64,000 bases of DNA from Candidatus Pacebacteria bacterium RIFOXYA1_FULL_38_18 (GCA_001787405.1 MFWV01000007.1:15694-79693); one strand, 5' to 3'; counted from the stretch's first letter, positions 41,808 through 51,482 are shown. Numbers and translations are program-made. The notes: generated from the letters alone by a model not told the origin.

Positions 41808-42617
41808 TTAATTTTTAATAATCGAACTACCGCTCACCAAAGCATATTCCATGAAAGCTGGGGCCGTGGAGAGAGTGCGTTTTACTTCAAAAGATCTGGT
41901 TTCTTGACCGGCTAAAGTGTTTTGAGCCTGAGAATTGATCGTAAATTGACTAACAGCTGGCGAACCAACGATTTTTATATCAGTGTCGTTGTAAACAGGT
42001 TTGACTCGCACAAACTCATCCGTATCAGTAGTAAAGAGAGTGTAGCCGTAATTATAAGGAGTAGGTCCTGGATCATTGGCAATAAAATTGTCTCCCCTAG
42101 TACTAGCCCCACTACAGTTTCCAACTGCGTAATGACGCACGGTAATTGTGCCGGCATTATTGTTATAAACAGACAAAATAAGTGAGGCAGTTTCTTCGCA
42201 GGTTGCTTCAATCGCCCAATAAAAACTTATACTACCAGCAGCAGGTAAAACCAGCTCAGTGCTAGTGCCTTGTTTGAGATGAGTTTCCAGAGTATTACTT
42301 TTATCAATGGTGTAGTTAATATCAGTATTGCTACCAGATAAATCTAGTGAAGAAACATCTTCTGAAAGCTCATCTATACTGCCAGTTGATTCTGATTGAA
42401 AAATATCAGCTAGTGCTGCTTCTACACCAGCCTCGGCAGCATTGAATACCCTAGTGGTGTCCTGTTGTTGGATCGAGATCTCTGCTTGTTGAGAAGTACG
42501 GGTGGCCAGGGATAAACCCAAAGCCAAAACTACGACCATGATCAATAAAACAACTAAACCAATCTGTCCATTTTGTGATTGATAAATGGTGGGAAATTTG
42601 AATATTTTTTTTGACAT
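41808..42617 (-). CDS. PilX/GspK-like minor pilin
   Basis: G|QIGLVVLLIM (no E5), FNAAEAGVEAAL motif; precedes pilM. Confidence 0.8.
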   Translation of the reverse strand: MSKKIFKFPTIYQSQNGQIGLVVLLIMVVVLALGLSLATRTSQQAEISIQQQDTTRVFNAAEAGVEAALADIFQSESTGSIDELSEDVSSLDLSGSNTDINYTIDKSNTLETHLKQGTSTELVLPAAGSISFYWAIEATCEETASLILSVYNNNAGTITVRHYAVGNCSGASTRGDNFIANDPGPTPYNYGYTLFTTDTDEFVRVKPVYNDTDIKIVGSPAVSQFTINSQAQNTLAGQETRSFEVKRTLSTAPAFMEYALVSGSSIIKN

Positions 42618-42691
42618 GATTTTTCCTGCTTCCATGATACGAATTCTTGATTCAGGAAACAAGAGTTAGTTAATTTATGATGGTTTTTGGA

Positions 42692-44707
42692 TTAATTAGC
42701 CGTAGGGGTAGTTTTTTTATTATTGTCTTGATAGAAAATGAGTGGTTGCCATGTTTTGGCTAGTTTGTTTTGTAATTGATGAGCTTCTTGAATTAGTTTC
42801 AAGTTTGTCCAAGAAGCAAATCTCAAGTCGCTCAAACCATGTTGGCGAAAACCAAATAAATCTCCAGCTCCGCGATTTTTTAAATCCTGCTCGGCTAGTT
42901 TTAGGCCATCGTGTTCTTGGGAAAAAATCTTAAGGCGTTGAGCAGCTGATTTGGAGAAATTACTCATTGATAATAAACAAAAACTTTCCTGCCCGGCGCG
43001 GCCGACACGGCCGCGCAATTGGTGTAAGCTAGCCAGACCGAAGCGCTCTGCCCCCTCGATTACTACGACGTTGGCTGAAGGGAGATCTATGCCTACTTCT
43101 ACTACTGGGGTGGTGATTAAAACATCAATTTTTTTGGCAAAAACTTGTTCGATGATTGCTTGTTTTTGATCTGGTTTAAGTGAGCCGTGTAGCAAACCAA
43201 TTTTAAGTTTGGGAAAGCTTTTTTGAAAGTTTGTTTGAATTTCTTTAAATAATTTGGTAGCTGCTGTTACATTGCCCAGTGTTTCGTGCAGTGAAGGTTC
43301 GATGAAAGGACAGACAATCAAAGCTTGACCATGAGTGTGAGTGATTTTTTCTGCCAGCCATTGCCAGCCATCAGATCTTTTTTTATGAGGGACTAACCAA
43401 GTTTTGGTAGGTTTAATTCCGGGAGGCAACTCGTCAATCACACTCAAACTCAAATGCGAAAACAGAGTGAGCATTAGACTTCTGGGAATGGGTGTGGCAG
43501 ACATAGTCAAAACGTGAGGTGTTTTATTTTTAGTTTTGAGTGGTGAGCGTTGTTTGACTCCGAACCGATGCTGCTCGTCGTAAATAATTAAACTTGGTTG
43601 AATTAAATCCAAGCGATTGATGACAGCGTGAGTACCGATATAGAGTTTTGGACTGATGCTTGGTTTAAATTTGGCAGATTCTTTACTAGTGAGTTGTTCA
43701 ATTTTCAAATCAGGAAACAATTTTGTTAAACTTTCTGCGTGTTGTTGGGCCAAGATTTGAGTTGGTGCAATCAAAACAGCATTTAATTGATTTTGCCAAA
43801 CAAAGTGGGCAGCAATGCCGGCCACTACGGTTTTTCCAGAGCCTACATCACCAGTCAATAATCGATTCATGGCAACATCTTTTTGTAAATCGATCAAGAT
43901 TTCGCGAGTAGCTTTGACCTGGGCCCCAGTTAATTTGAAAGGAATGCTTTTGGGCAACCAAGCTGAGAAGTTATGGGCATCATAATTTTTGAGCTGGAGC
44001 GGCTGGGCGCTATGTTCTTTTTGCCATTTAGCTTTGATTTGGTGTGAGTGAGCAATCAATCCCAGCAGTTCTTCTAGCGCCAGCCGCTCCCGCGCAGACT
44101 CAACCTCTTTAGTTTCTGAAGGGAAATGTAGAGTTTGCAAAGCCTCAATAAAATTGGGATATGTTTGTTCAGTCAATTTGACAATTTGATCATCAATCAC
44201 TTGTAAATGATCCACGATTTCTTTGATGATTCTGCGCAATGAACCAATTTTTAATTCCTTGGTTAATTGTGAATAAATCGGTACCAACCGAGCAGTATGA
44301 ATAGTATCGTCACTAATTATCTCCACTGTTGGCTGAACAAACATACCTCGCTCATTTAACTTGCCAGCAAAATATAATTCACTCCCCTCTTTGAGCTGAT
44401 TGATCACAAAACGATTATTAAACCAAATGCATTGCAGTTTTCCGCTAGCATCTTCGATGGTAGCGCGCACCGTTCTTCGCCTGCCTTGATAGGAAATATT
44501 GGCACGTCGTACCACTGCTTTGATAGTAGCTGGTTCATCAATTTTGAGTTCATTGATAAACACAATATTACTGCGATCTTCATAGCGATACGGCAGTTGC
44601 AATGTTAGGTCCAATACAGTTTGAATTTCCACCTGATTAAGCGCTCTTCTCAAAGTTTCCCCAATGCCTTTGACGACTGAAATAGGATCACTAAGTCGAT
44701 AAATCAT
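42692..44707 (-). CDS. recG: ATP-dependent DNA helicase RecG
   Basis: PYRYEDR wedge domain, GDVGSGKT, DEQHRFGV, SATPIPR, LHQLRGRVGR. Confidence 0.96.
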   Translation of the reverse strand: MIYRLSDPISVVKGIGETLRRALNQVEIQTVLDLTLQLPYRYEDRSNIVFINELKIDEPATIKAVVRRANISYQGRRRTVRATIEDASGKLQCIWFNNRFVINQLKEGSELYFAGKLNERGMFVQPTVEIISDDTIHTARLVPIYSQLTKELKIGSLRRIIKEIVDHLQVIDDQIVKLTEQTYPNFIEALQTLHFPSETKEVESARERLALEELLGLIAHSHQIKAKWQKEHSAQPLQLKNYDAHNFSAWLPKSIPFKLTGAQVKATREILIDLQKDVAMNRLLTGDVGSGKTVVAGIAAHFVWQNQLNAVLIAPTQILAQQHAESLTKLFPDLKIEQLTSKESAKFKPSISPKLYIGTHAVINRLDLIQPSLIIYDEQHRFGVKQRSPLKTKNKTPHVLTMSATPIPRSLMLTLFSHLSLSVIDELPPGIKPTKTWLVPHKKRSDGWQWLAEKITHTHGQALIVCPFIEPSLHETLGNVTAATKLFKEIQTNFQKSFPKLKIGLLHGSLKPDQKQAIIEQVFAKKIDVLITTPVVEVGIDLPSANVVVIEGAERFGLASLHQLRGRVGRAGQESFCLLSMSNFSKSAAQRLKIFSQEHDGLKLAEQDLKNRGAGDLFGFRQHGLSDLRFASWTNLKLIQEAHQLQNKLAKTWQPLIFYQDNNKKTTPTAN

Positions 44708-44773
44708 TAATAGCAGTGTACGAGAAAAACAATAAAAACCAAAGCAGTGCAATTTTCCTCAACTTTTTCAGTT

Positions 44774-44878
44774 TTAAAGTAAAGAAAAAACAAAACTAGC
44801 AATGCTGGTCATGAGCAATGAAGCAATGGCTATGATCGCAAAAGCCTTGACCATTCTCTCTCTTTGTTTGCGAGTCAT
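44774..44878 (-). CDS. Small single-TM peptide, 34 aa (DUF4044/Prli42-like; absent from the ORF track)
   Basis: MTRKQRERMVKAFAIIAIASLLMTSIASFVFSLL starts 1 bp after the tyrS stop; basic N-terminus plus TM. Confidence 0.6.
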   Translation of the reverse strand: MTRKQRERMVKAFAIIAIASLLMTSIASFVFSLL

Positions 44879-44879
44879 C

Positions 44880-46073
44880 TTAGTCGATTAGTTTATAAAT
44901 TTTACGTTTACCCACTCGAATAGCATCAACGGTTTGCAGATCAGGAATTTCATTAGGATCATTGATTCTTTGATTGCTGGGCAATAAAGCAGTGCCACCC
45001 TGCTCAATCAATCTTCTAGATTGGCTATTGCTTGCTCCACTAGCAAGAGAAACCATCGCAAAAGCAGGTTTGCCAACCAAGACAGCTCTTTTGATTTGCT
45101 GCGCTTCATCAGAAATTACTTTATTTTGAATGGTATCTTCAAAATGTTGCTGTGCTTTTTCCGCTTCTTTAGTTGAATGATATTGCTCAGTGATAGTGAA
45201 GGCCAATTGTTTTTTGAAAGTCATGGGGTTCTCCCCTGCTCTCATCGCCTTATCCATCTTGGCAATCTGACTGGAATGAACATCAGTTAAAAGCAGAAAG
45301 TACTCAATAATCAAGTTATCAGTAATTCGCATCAGCTTGCCATACATATCAATAGGATTTTCTGCCAATCCTACAAAGTTGTTGTAAGATTTACTCATTT
45401 TGCGGCCATCAGTGCCATTGATAATTGGTGTAGTCAGTACCCACTTTTCTTTATTGTGGTAAATTTTTTGCAAAGTTCTACCCATCATCATGTTGAAAGT
45501 TTGATCAGTGCCTCCCAACTCCAAATCAACATCCATTTCCACTGAGTCGTAACCTTGTAGTAGCGGATAGAGAATTTCATGACCATGAATGGGTTGTCCT
45601 TTTTTGATTCGTTCTTGGAACATGTCGCGTTCAATCAATTGCTGAACCGTGGTTTTGGCGGTTAACTTAATCACATCCACCATGGTCAATTTATCCAGCC
45701 AATCGCCATTGCGACGAATCTCTATTTTGGAAAAATCTAGGACCTTACTGGCCTGTTTCTTCCAAGTTTTGAAATTAGCCTCAATTTCCAAATCAGTTAA
45801 CATGGGTCTGGACTCATCGCGACCAGTAGGATCGCCAATCTTCACCGTGCCATTGCCGATCAATAAAATCACCTGATGACCAAGCAGAGCAAACTGATTG
45901 AGTTTACGCAAAACTACCGAGTGACCCAAATGCAGTTCAGAACCAGTTGGATCAATTCCCAAGTAGAGTCTGATTTTGCGCTTGTTCATCAATTTTTCCA
46001 GACCGGAACGGCTAGGCAAAACCTCCGCCACTCCTCTGGTTAGGACTTCTTTGATAGTTAAATTATTTGACAT
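44880..46073 (-). CDS. tyrS: Tyrosine--tRNA ligase
   Basis: YLGIDPT, HLGH, LQGYDS, GGTDQ, KMSKS, C-terminal S4-like domain. Confidence 0.97.
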   Translation of the reverse strand: MSNNLTIKEVLTRGVAEVLPSRSGLEKLMNKRKIRLYLGIDPTGSELHLGHSVVLRKLNQFALLGHQVILLIGNGTVKIGDPTGRDESRPMLTDLEIEANFKTWKKQASKVLDFSKIEIRRNGDWLDKLTMVDVIKLTAKTTVQQLIERDMFQERIKKGQPIHGHEILYPLLQGYDSVEMDVDLELGGTDQTFNMMMGRTLQKIYHNKEKWVLTTPIINGTDGRKMSKSYNNFVGLAENPIDMYGKLMRITDNLIIEYFLLLTDVHSSQIAKMDKAMRAGENPMTFKKQLAFTITEQYHSTKEAEKAQQHFEDTIQNKVISDEAQQIKRAVLVGKPAFAMVSLASGASNSQSRRLIEQGGTALLPSNQRINDPNEIPDLQTVDAIRVGKRKIYKLID

Positions 46074-46120
46074 AAAACTCCTTTATTGTAATCTAATTAT
46101 TGCTTTCCTCAAAATTACGC

Positions 46121-47161
46121 TTATATAGAATTTGCTCTTTCCAATGCTTGCTCAAGATCATTTATTACTTCCTTGGGTTGCTCTAGTCCGATAGAAAGTC
46201 TAAATAGTCTGTCATCAATTCTTTGATCAGAGTTATCTGAGAGATCCATCATGGTGGTGGGTTGTTGAATTAACGTTTCAGTACCACCAAAACTATGTCC
46301 AATCACGATTTTTTTCAAAGATTTAATGAATAGATGAGGATTCAGATTGTGTTTTATTTTGAATGAAATTATTGGTCCTACCGCATGAAAGACATCTGCA
46401 ATTAATAGTGATGAGCGTAAAAAATTAACTATTTTTTGTTTATTATTTTTAATTTTTTGATGTCTCAAATCGAGTGTTTTTAGACCTCTCATTATTAGCC
46501 AGCTATCACTTGCTGACAAAATTGCTCCCACCGTATGTTGAAGAAACTTAATTTGTTGAGCAAGTTGTGCATCGTTGGTAGCGATCATTCCACCAATGGC
46601 ATCTGAATGGCCGTTAATCATTTTCGTTAGACTTTCAACTACTAAATCTGATCCAAGTTGTAACGGTTTTTGTTCCAAAGCTGTAGCCAAAGTATTGTCC
46701 ACCACAGTGATGATGTTGTGCTGACGAGCAACTTTGCACAATTTATTAATTTGGAGCACTTCCAACATTGGGTTGGTTGGGCTTTCAAACCACAATAGTT
46801 TGCTGTGCGGAGTAATATTTTGAGAAAGTAGATCAACTTTTTTCAAATCAATAGATTTACTATTGATTCCTAACGGCTGGAATACTTTTTTCAACAGTCT
46901 GGTTGTCCCTTCATAGATTTGTTGATGGTGTAGCACCTCATCTCCTTTTTTGAGGAGTAATAATGAATTGAGAATAGCTGCCGAGCCTGATGCAAACACA
47001 AAAGCATGTTTGGCATGGTGAAGTGTGGCCAGTTTTTCTTCCAGCAACTGTCTTGTTGGATTTCCCACCCGACCATATTGAAAACCTCGATCGCTACTAG
47101 GTTTAGTCATGGGAAATACAGTTGAAAGTTCTATGGGAGGCACTAATCCTGGATTTTTCAT
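46121..47161 (-). CDS. PLP-dependent Cys/Met metabolism enzyme (cystathionine gamma-synthase/lyase family)
   Basis: YGRVGNPT, FASG, ESPTNP, VVDNT, SLTKMINGHSD (PLP Lys), RLSIGLE. Confidence 0.9.
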   Translation of the reverse strand: MKNPGLVPPIELSTVFPMTKPSSDRGFQYGRVGNPTRQLLEEKLATLHHAKHAFVFASGSAAILNSLLLLKKGDEVLHHQQIYEGTTRLLKKVFQPLGINSKSIDLKKVDLLSQNITPHSKLLWFESPTNPMLEVLQINKLCKVARQHNIITVVDNTLATALEQKPLQLGSDLVVESLTKMINGHSDAIGGMIATNDAQLAQQIKFLQHTVGAILSASDSWLIMRGLKTLDLRHQKIKNNKQKIVNFLRSSLLIADVFHAVGPIISFKIKHNLNPHLFIKSLKKIVIGHSFGGTETLIQQPTTMMDLSDNSDQRIDDRLFRLSIGLEQPKEVINDLEQALERANSI

Positions 47162-48240
47162 TGGATCCTTTCTTTAGTTTTTTTAGTTAGAAGCACAATG
47201 TGTCTGTGGCAACTTAGTGGCGGTTGATGGCTATCAATGCCGATACGATCTTGCATGTCAGCAATAATCAACCCATCTTTTTCCCAAGTTTTGAGATGAT
47301 CATTAAATGATCTAAACCACTCGCCATGACCGCTTTCGTCTTCAGCAAATACCACAAAACTTTCACCTTCTGGCTCAATCTCAACTATTTTGCCTCTCAG
47401 AAATTCTAGATGTTCTCCAAACTCTTCTTTGAGCTGGTTTAAATCAAAAATTCTTGTTTGCAAAGCATGAACTGCTTCGCTAGAGGGAAGAATAGTTTGA
47501 AGCTGGTGGTGAGAAATTATTTCTCTATCTAGTGATTTAGTTAGCTCATCACTAGTTGTGATATTAACAATGGCTACACCATCCTCATCAAGGACACGTG
47601 TTACTTCTTCATTGATTGATCTGCTGATAGCTGGTGGGCAACAGTTATCAATATGATCTCTCAGTACAAGTTGTTGAGAAGCCTCATGAAGCGAGGTTTG
47701 TCTAGCATCTTGGTGCAGTGTTGTTACTTGTTGAAATTGTTTCTCATCTACCGCTTTTAGTATGTCTGAGTCAATATCAATTACCGATAATTGATTCCAA
47801 TTTGTTTCTAAAGTAGTTTGAAGAAATTTTTGAAAATCTGGCACACCTTCTACAATAGCCAAGCCAAAAATGGCTGCATCAATTGGTTTCTGCTCTAAAT
47901 TTTCGCGCAGTATTGCCACTGATGATTCTTTTTGAAGAAGTAATCTGAGATTTAACCCAACTGGCGGTGTTCCAGCAATGTCTTCCAAGTTAATACCTTG
48001 TCGTTCTGCTTCAATCACTCGCTGTTGAGTATTTTCGTATTGAGCGTGTTGTCTTAAACTTTGCCCAAATTTAGTCCCAATTTCTCCTGCTAAGTTGGTA
48101 ACTGATTCATCTTTACAATCATTTGCCAGCAACTCAAATGTCTTGAGTGATAGCCAGTTTTTCCAGGATGATTGCTGATCCTTTATGCTCTTGCCTAATT
48201 CAAGAGCAAGATGATGTTTAATTCTTAATTTTTCTGTCAT
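47158..48240 (-). CDS. Hypothetical protein with class I SAM-dependent methyltransferase-like core
   Basis: AAIFG, VIDID, HQDAR..SL..AS..LV, RVL..DG pattern of Rossmann-fold MTases; 4-bp overlap with the downstream gene. Confidence 0.6.
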   Translation of the reverse strand: MTEKLRIKHHLALELGKSIKDQQSSWKNWLSLKTFELLANDCKDESVTNLAGEIGTKFGQSLRQHAQYENTQQRVIEAERQGINLEDIAGTPPVGLNLRLLLQKESSVAILRENLEQKPIDAAIFGLAIVEGVPDFQKFLQTTLETNWNQLSVIDIDSDILKAVDEKQFQQVTTLHQDARQTSLHEASQQLVLRDHIDNCCPPAISRSINEEVTRVLDEDGVAIVNITTSDELTKSLDREIISHHQLQTILPSSEAVHALQTRIFDLNQLKEEFGEHLEFLRGKIVEIEPEGESFVVFAEDESGHGEWFRSFNDHLKTWEKDGLIIADMQDRIGIDSHQPPLSCHRHIVLLTKKTKERIQ

Positions 48241-48314
48241 TTTTCTTTCTTTTTAAATAAAATATTATTACTTTTTTGGCGCCGATTTAGCGCGATTCTA
48301 TAGTCTATTTCCAT
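48237..48314 (-). CDS. Putative 25-aa small ORF after the T-box terminator
   Basis: SD GAAAGGT, MEIDYRIALNRRQKSNNILFKKKEK, stop overlaps the next start (ATGA). Confidence 0.4.
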   Translation of the reverse strand: MEIDYRIALNRRQKSNNILFKKKEK

Positions 48315-48337
48315 AATTACCTTTCTTTTTTAATACT

Positions 48338-48385
48338 AAAAAACGCCCCGCACATACACCTGAATGGTGTACATGCAAGGGCGTT
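48338..48385 (-). terminator. T-box intrinsic terminator
   Basis: AACGCCCTTGCATGTACACC-ATTCA-GGTGTATGTGCGGGGCGTT-TTTT on the minus strand. Confidence 0.88.
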
Positions 48386-48675
48386 AAGATCCAACGCGGT
48401 ACCACCTTGCTTTATTTGCCTTTTTCTACAAAAAATCCTGCGAACGCAGGACTCGAAAAAAAGGAAAACCTCATTTCGAGCACTCTGTTTCTAGTGTGTC
48501 ATGCTCTTTCGCTATTATGGGCGATCCCATTCCTTGCTACTTTCCAAGATGAAATTTGGATTTGGTGTGGACTGCTCAGGAAGGTATTTCATTCTGTTAA
48601 AGCTAGTTCAGCTTTCACCAACCGCTGAATCTCTGTTTTCCGCTTTAGGAATTACTAAGTTTCCGTCACTGCATT
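48338..48675 (-). promoter_or_regulatory. T-box riboswitch, Tyr (UAC) specifier, transcriptional
   Basis: Stem I with AGAGA bulge, GGTGAAA loop, AGTA/GAA loop E, specifier TAC (48584-48586); antiterminator GCAAGG-TGGTACC-GCGTT..AACGC-CCTTGC; overlapping terminator with U-tract. Confidence 0.93.
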
Positions 48676-48695
48676 TCTGTTAACTTGTTCGTGAA

Positions 48696-48723
48696 ATTAT
48701 ACACATGGTTTTTTAGTTTGCAA
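48696..48723 (-). promoter_or_regulatory. Promoter of the T-box/tyrS operon
   Basis: Minus strand TTGCAA-16 bp-TATAAT, about 20 bp upstream of Stem I. Confidence 0.65.
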
Positions 48724-48767
48724 GTTTTAATTTGAAAAGCAAAAAACTGGTACAATAATGTGTGAGT

Positions 48768-51482
48768 ATGGAAATCAATTTTACAAAGATGTTTGAAAGT
48801 TTACGACGGGGGTGGTACGGACTGACCCGTAAAGTTCGGATTTTGATGATTCGTCTGTCTCGTGGTCGCACTCGTCGTTTTGCTCACTTCTCCCCTGCCC
48901 AACAAGAATTGGCCAAAGTACAACGCATGCGTCTGCTTGCTCGTGGAGCAGTGATGGCGGTTATTGCGGGGATTGTTGGATTTTTTGTAATGTTTGCTTG
49001 GTATTCTCGCGATTTGCCAAAGCCTGGTGAAGTGATCCGTCGTGAAGGATTTAGTACCAAACTTTATGATCGCAAAGGAGTATTACTCTATGATCTTTAT
49101 GACACTGAGAGACGCACGCCAATAACTCTAAACGATACTCCCGCTTATTTGGAACAAGCTACGGTAGCTATCGAAGACAGGGATTTTTATCGTCACAGTG
49201 GTTTTGATTTATTGACCGCTCTGCGGATTCCTTACAACATTCTTTTTCGCGGTCGAGTAGTTGGTGGCTCAACCTTGACTCAACAATTAGTAAAAAATGC
49301 TTTATTAACAAATGAGCGGACCATCTCTAGGAAATTCAAAGAATTGGTACTTTCTATCCAAATTGAACGCACTTTTACCAAGGATCAAATCTTGGAAATG
49401 TATTTGAATGAAGCACCTTACGGTGGAACTTCTTGGGGAGTTGGTACGGCTTCAGAAATTTATTTCAATAAACCAGTTGCTGAATTAAATTTGATGGAAT
49501 CGGCTTTTTTGGCAGGACTTCCTCAACGCCCCAGTGTTTACTCACCGTTTTCAGGTAAAAAAGACAAAGACGGTAATCCTTATTGGAAGATTCGTACCGA
49601 AAGTGTGTTGCGCGCCATGGAAAAATCCGGTGATATTACCAAGTTACAAATGGAAGAAGCAATTTCCTCTTTAGATAATTTGGAATTCAATACGACTGCT
49701 GCCAATATTAAAGCCCCACATTTTGTTTTTTATGTTAGAGATCAGCTGGAAGAAATGTTTGGTTTGGAATTGGTAGAGGCTGGTGGTCTGAAAGTAACTA
49801 CTACTTTGGATTTACCACTTCATGAACGGGCTCAAAGTATTGTTGCCGAAGAAATCGAGGCAGTGGAAAGTTTGAATATCACCAATGGATCAGCCGTGAC
49901 AATGGATCCTAGAACTGGTGAGATATTAAGCATGGTGGGAAGCAAAGATTATTTTAATGATGACATAGATGGCCAATTCAATGTGGCTGCGGATGGTTTG
50001 CGCCAACCCGGATCTTCGATCAAACCAGTTACTTATTTAGGTATGTTACGTCGTGGTTATTCTCCCTCCTCCATGCTGATGGATGTAGAAACTACTTTTC
50101 AGGCCAATGACAAGATCGATCCTTACGTTCCCAAAAACTATGATGGGGTTTTCCGAGGTCCAGTAAACTTGCGCAGTGCCTTAGGCAGTTCACTAAATAT
50201 TCCAGCCGTCAAATCAGTAGCTATTGTAGGCATTGAAGATTTTCTGCAACTGGCTTTTGATTTGGGTTTCAAAACTTTGGAGCCGACTAAAGAAAATTTA
50301 CAGCGTTTTGGTTTTTCAATCACTTTGGGTGGTGGCGAGGTTCATTTACTGGATACCGTAACTGCTTACAGTGCTTTTGCCAATAAAGGTTTTAAAGTTG
50401 AGCCGGTTTCTATTTTGAAAGTAGAAGACAAGGACGGTCGAGTTTTGTTTGAACACAAACAAGTGCCCGGCAAACAAGTCATCAGTGAGGGTGAGGCTTT
50501 TATTATTAATGATATTCTGTCTGATAATAATGCTCGCTTGTTGGCTTTTGGTGCCAACTCGCTTCTCAATACCGGTCGACCAATTGCAGTCAAAACTGGT
50601 ACTACCAACGAACAAAAAGACAACTGGACGATTGGTTGGAGCCAAGAAGTAATGGTGGGTGTTTGGGTGGGTAACAATGATAATAGCTCGATGCGTCAGG
50701 TAGCTTCTGGTATTACTGGTGCCTCACCTATTTGGCGACGAATTATTTTGACGGCTTTAGAAATGGGCTATCAAGCTCCGGCTTGGGAAGTTCCTGCTGG
50801 AGTGATTCGGCAAGAAGTAGATAGTATTTCTGGTTATCCAGCGCACGATGGTTTTTCCACTAGAACAGATTATTTTTTACAAGGCACTGCGCCCACCACT
50901 CCTGATCCTATTCATGCCAAACTAAAGGTTTGTCGAGATGATGAAAATAAATTGGCTACGGAAGCCAAAATTAGTGCTGGAGATTACAACGAAAAAGAAT
51001 TTGTTGTACTCAAAGAAAATGATCCAGTTAGCGAAGATGGTCGCAATCGCTGGCAAGAAGCCATCAATACTTGGATCAATGGCCAGTCGGATTCTCGTTA
51101 TAAAGTGCCTACAGAATACTGTGGAGATGCACAAGAAATCTCGGTTCGTATTTCCAGACCAGAGAACGAAAAATCATACAATGAACAAGACATCGAAGTT
51201 CATATTGATGCTGGAAGCAATCAGGGTATTGAAAAAATCGAGATTTGGGTAGATGGAACATTACGGGAAACAGTAAATGATCGCAGTTATAGAGGTTGGA
51301 TCAATTTTCCAACAGGCAAACATGAGCTTTATGCGATTGCTTTTTCCAGAGATAATAAACAAGCCAAAAGCAACACGGTCAAGATAGGTTCTGGTGGTGC
51401 TGATTGGAAAGATCCTGAACCCACTCCCACCCCCACTCCTACTCCTACTCCTACCCCCACTCCTGCTCTACCCACTCCCTAG
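48768..51482 (+). CDS. Class A penicillin-binding protein (transglycosylase/transpeptidase) with C-terminal Ig-like domain and PT tail
   Basis: EDRDFYRH, GGSTLTQQLVKN, RKFKE; SxxK (SSIK), SLN, KTGT; start could also be GTG 48762. Confidence 0.94.
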   Translation: MEINFTKMFESLRRGWYGLTRKVRILMIRLSRGRTRRFAHFSPAQQELAKVQRMRLLARGAVMAVIAGIVGFFVMFAWYSRDLPKPGEVIRREGFSTKLYDRKGVLLYDLYDTERRTPITLNDTPAYLEQATVAIEDRDFYRHSGFDLLTALRIPYNILFRGRVVGGSTLTQQLVKNALLTNERTISRKFKELVLSIQIERTFTKDQILEMYLNEAPYGGTSWGVGTASEIYFNKPVAELNLMESAFLAGLPQRPSVYSPFSGKKDKDGNPYWKIRTESVLRAMEKSGDITKLQMEEAISSLDNLEFNTTAANIKAPHFVFYVRDQLEEMFGLELVEAGGLKVTTTLDLPLHERAQSIVAEEIEAVESLNITNGSAVTMDPRTGEILSMVGSKDYFNDDIDGQFNVAADGLRQPGSSIKPVTYLGMLRRGYSPSSMLMDVETTFQANDKIDPYVPKNYDGVFRGPVNLRSALGSSLNIPAVKSVAIVGIEDFLQLAFDLGFKTLEPTKENLQRFGFSITLGGGEVHLLDTVTAYSAFANKGFKVEPVSILKVEDKDGRVLFEHKQVPGKQVISEGEAFIINDILSDNNARLLAFGANSLLNTGRPIAVKTGTTNEQKDNWTIGWSQEVMVGVWVGNNDNSSMRQVASGITGASPIWRRIILTALEMGYQAPAWEVPAGVIRQEVDSISGYPAHDGFSTRTDYFLQGTAPTTPDPIHAKLKVCRDDENKLATEAKISAGDYNEKEFVVLKENDPVSEDGRNRWQEAINTWINGQSDSRYKVPTEYCGDAQEISVRISRPENEKSYNEQDIEVHIDAGSNQGIEKIEIWVDGTLRETVNDRSYRGWINFPTGKHELYAIAFSRDNKQAKSNTVKIGSGGADWKDPEPTPTPTPTPTPTPTPALPTP

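Noticed and set aside
48584-48595. Met (AUG) specifier for the T-box, which would suit the Cys/Met enzyme
   Set aside because: The AUG overlaps the paired GAAU and the GAA loop-E element; UAC occupies the specifier position and tyrS lies downstream
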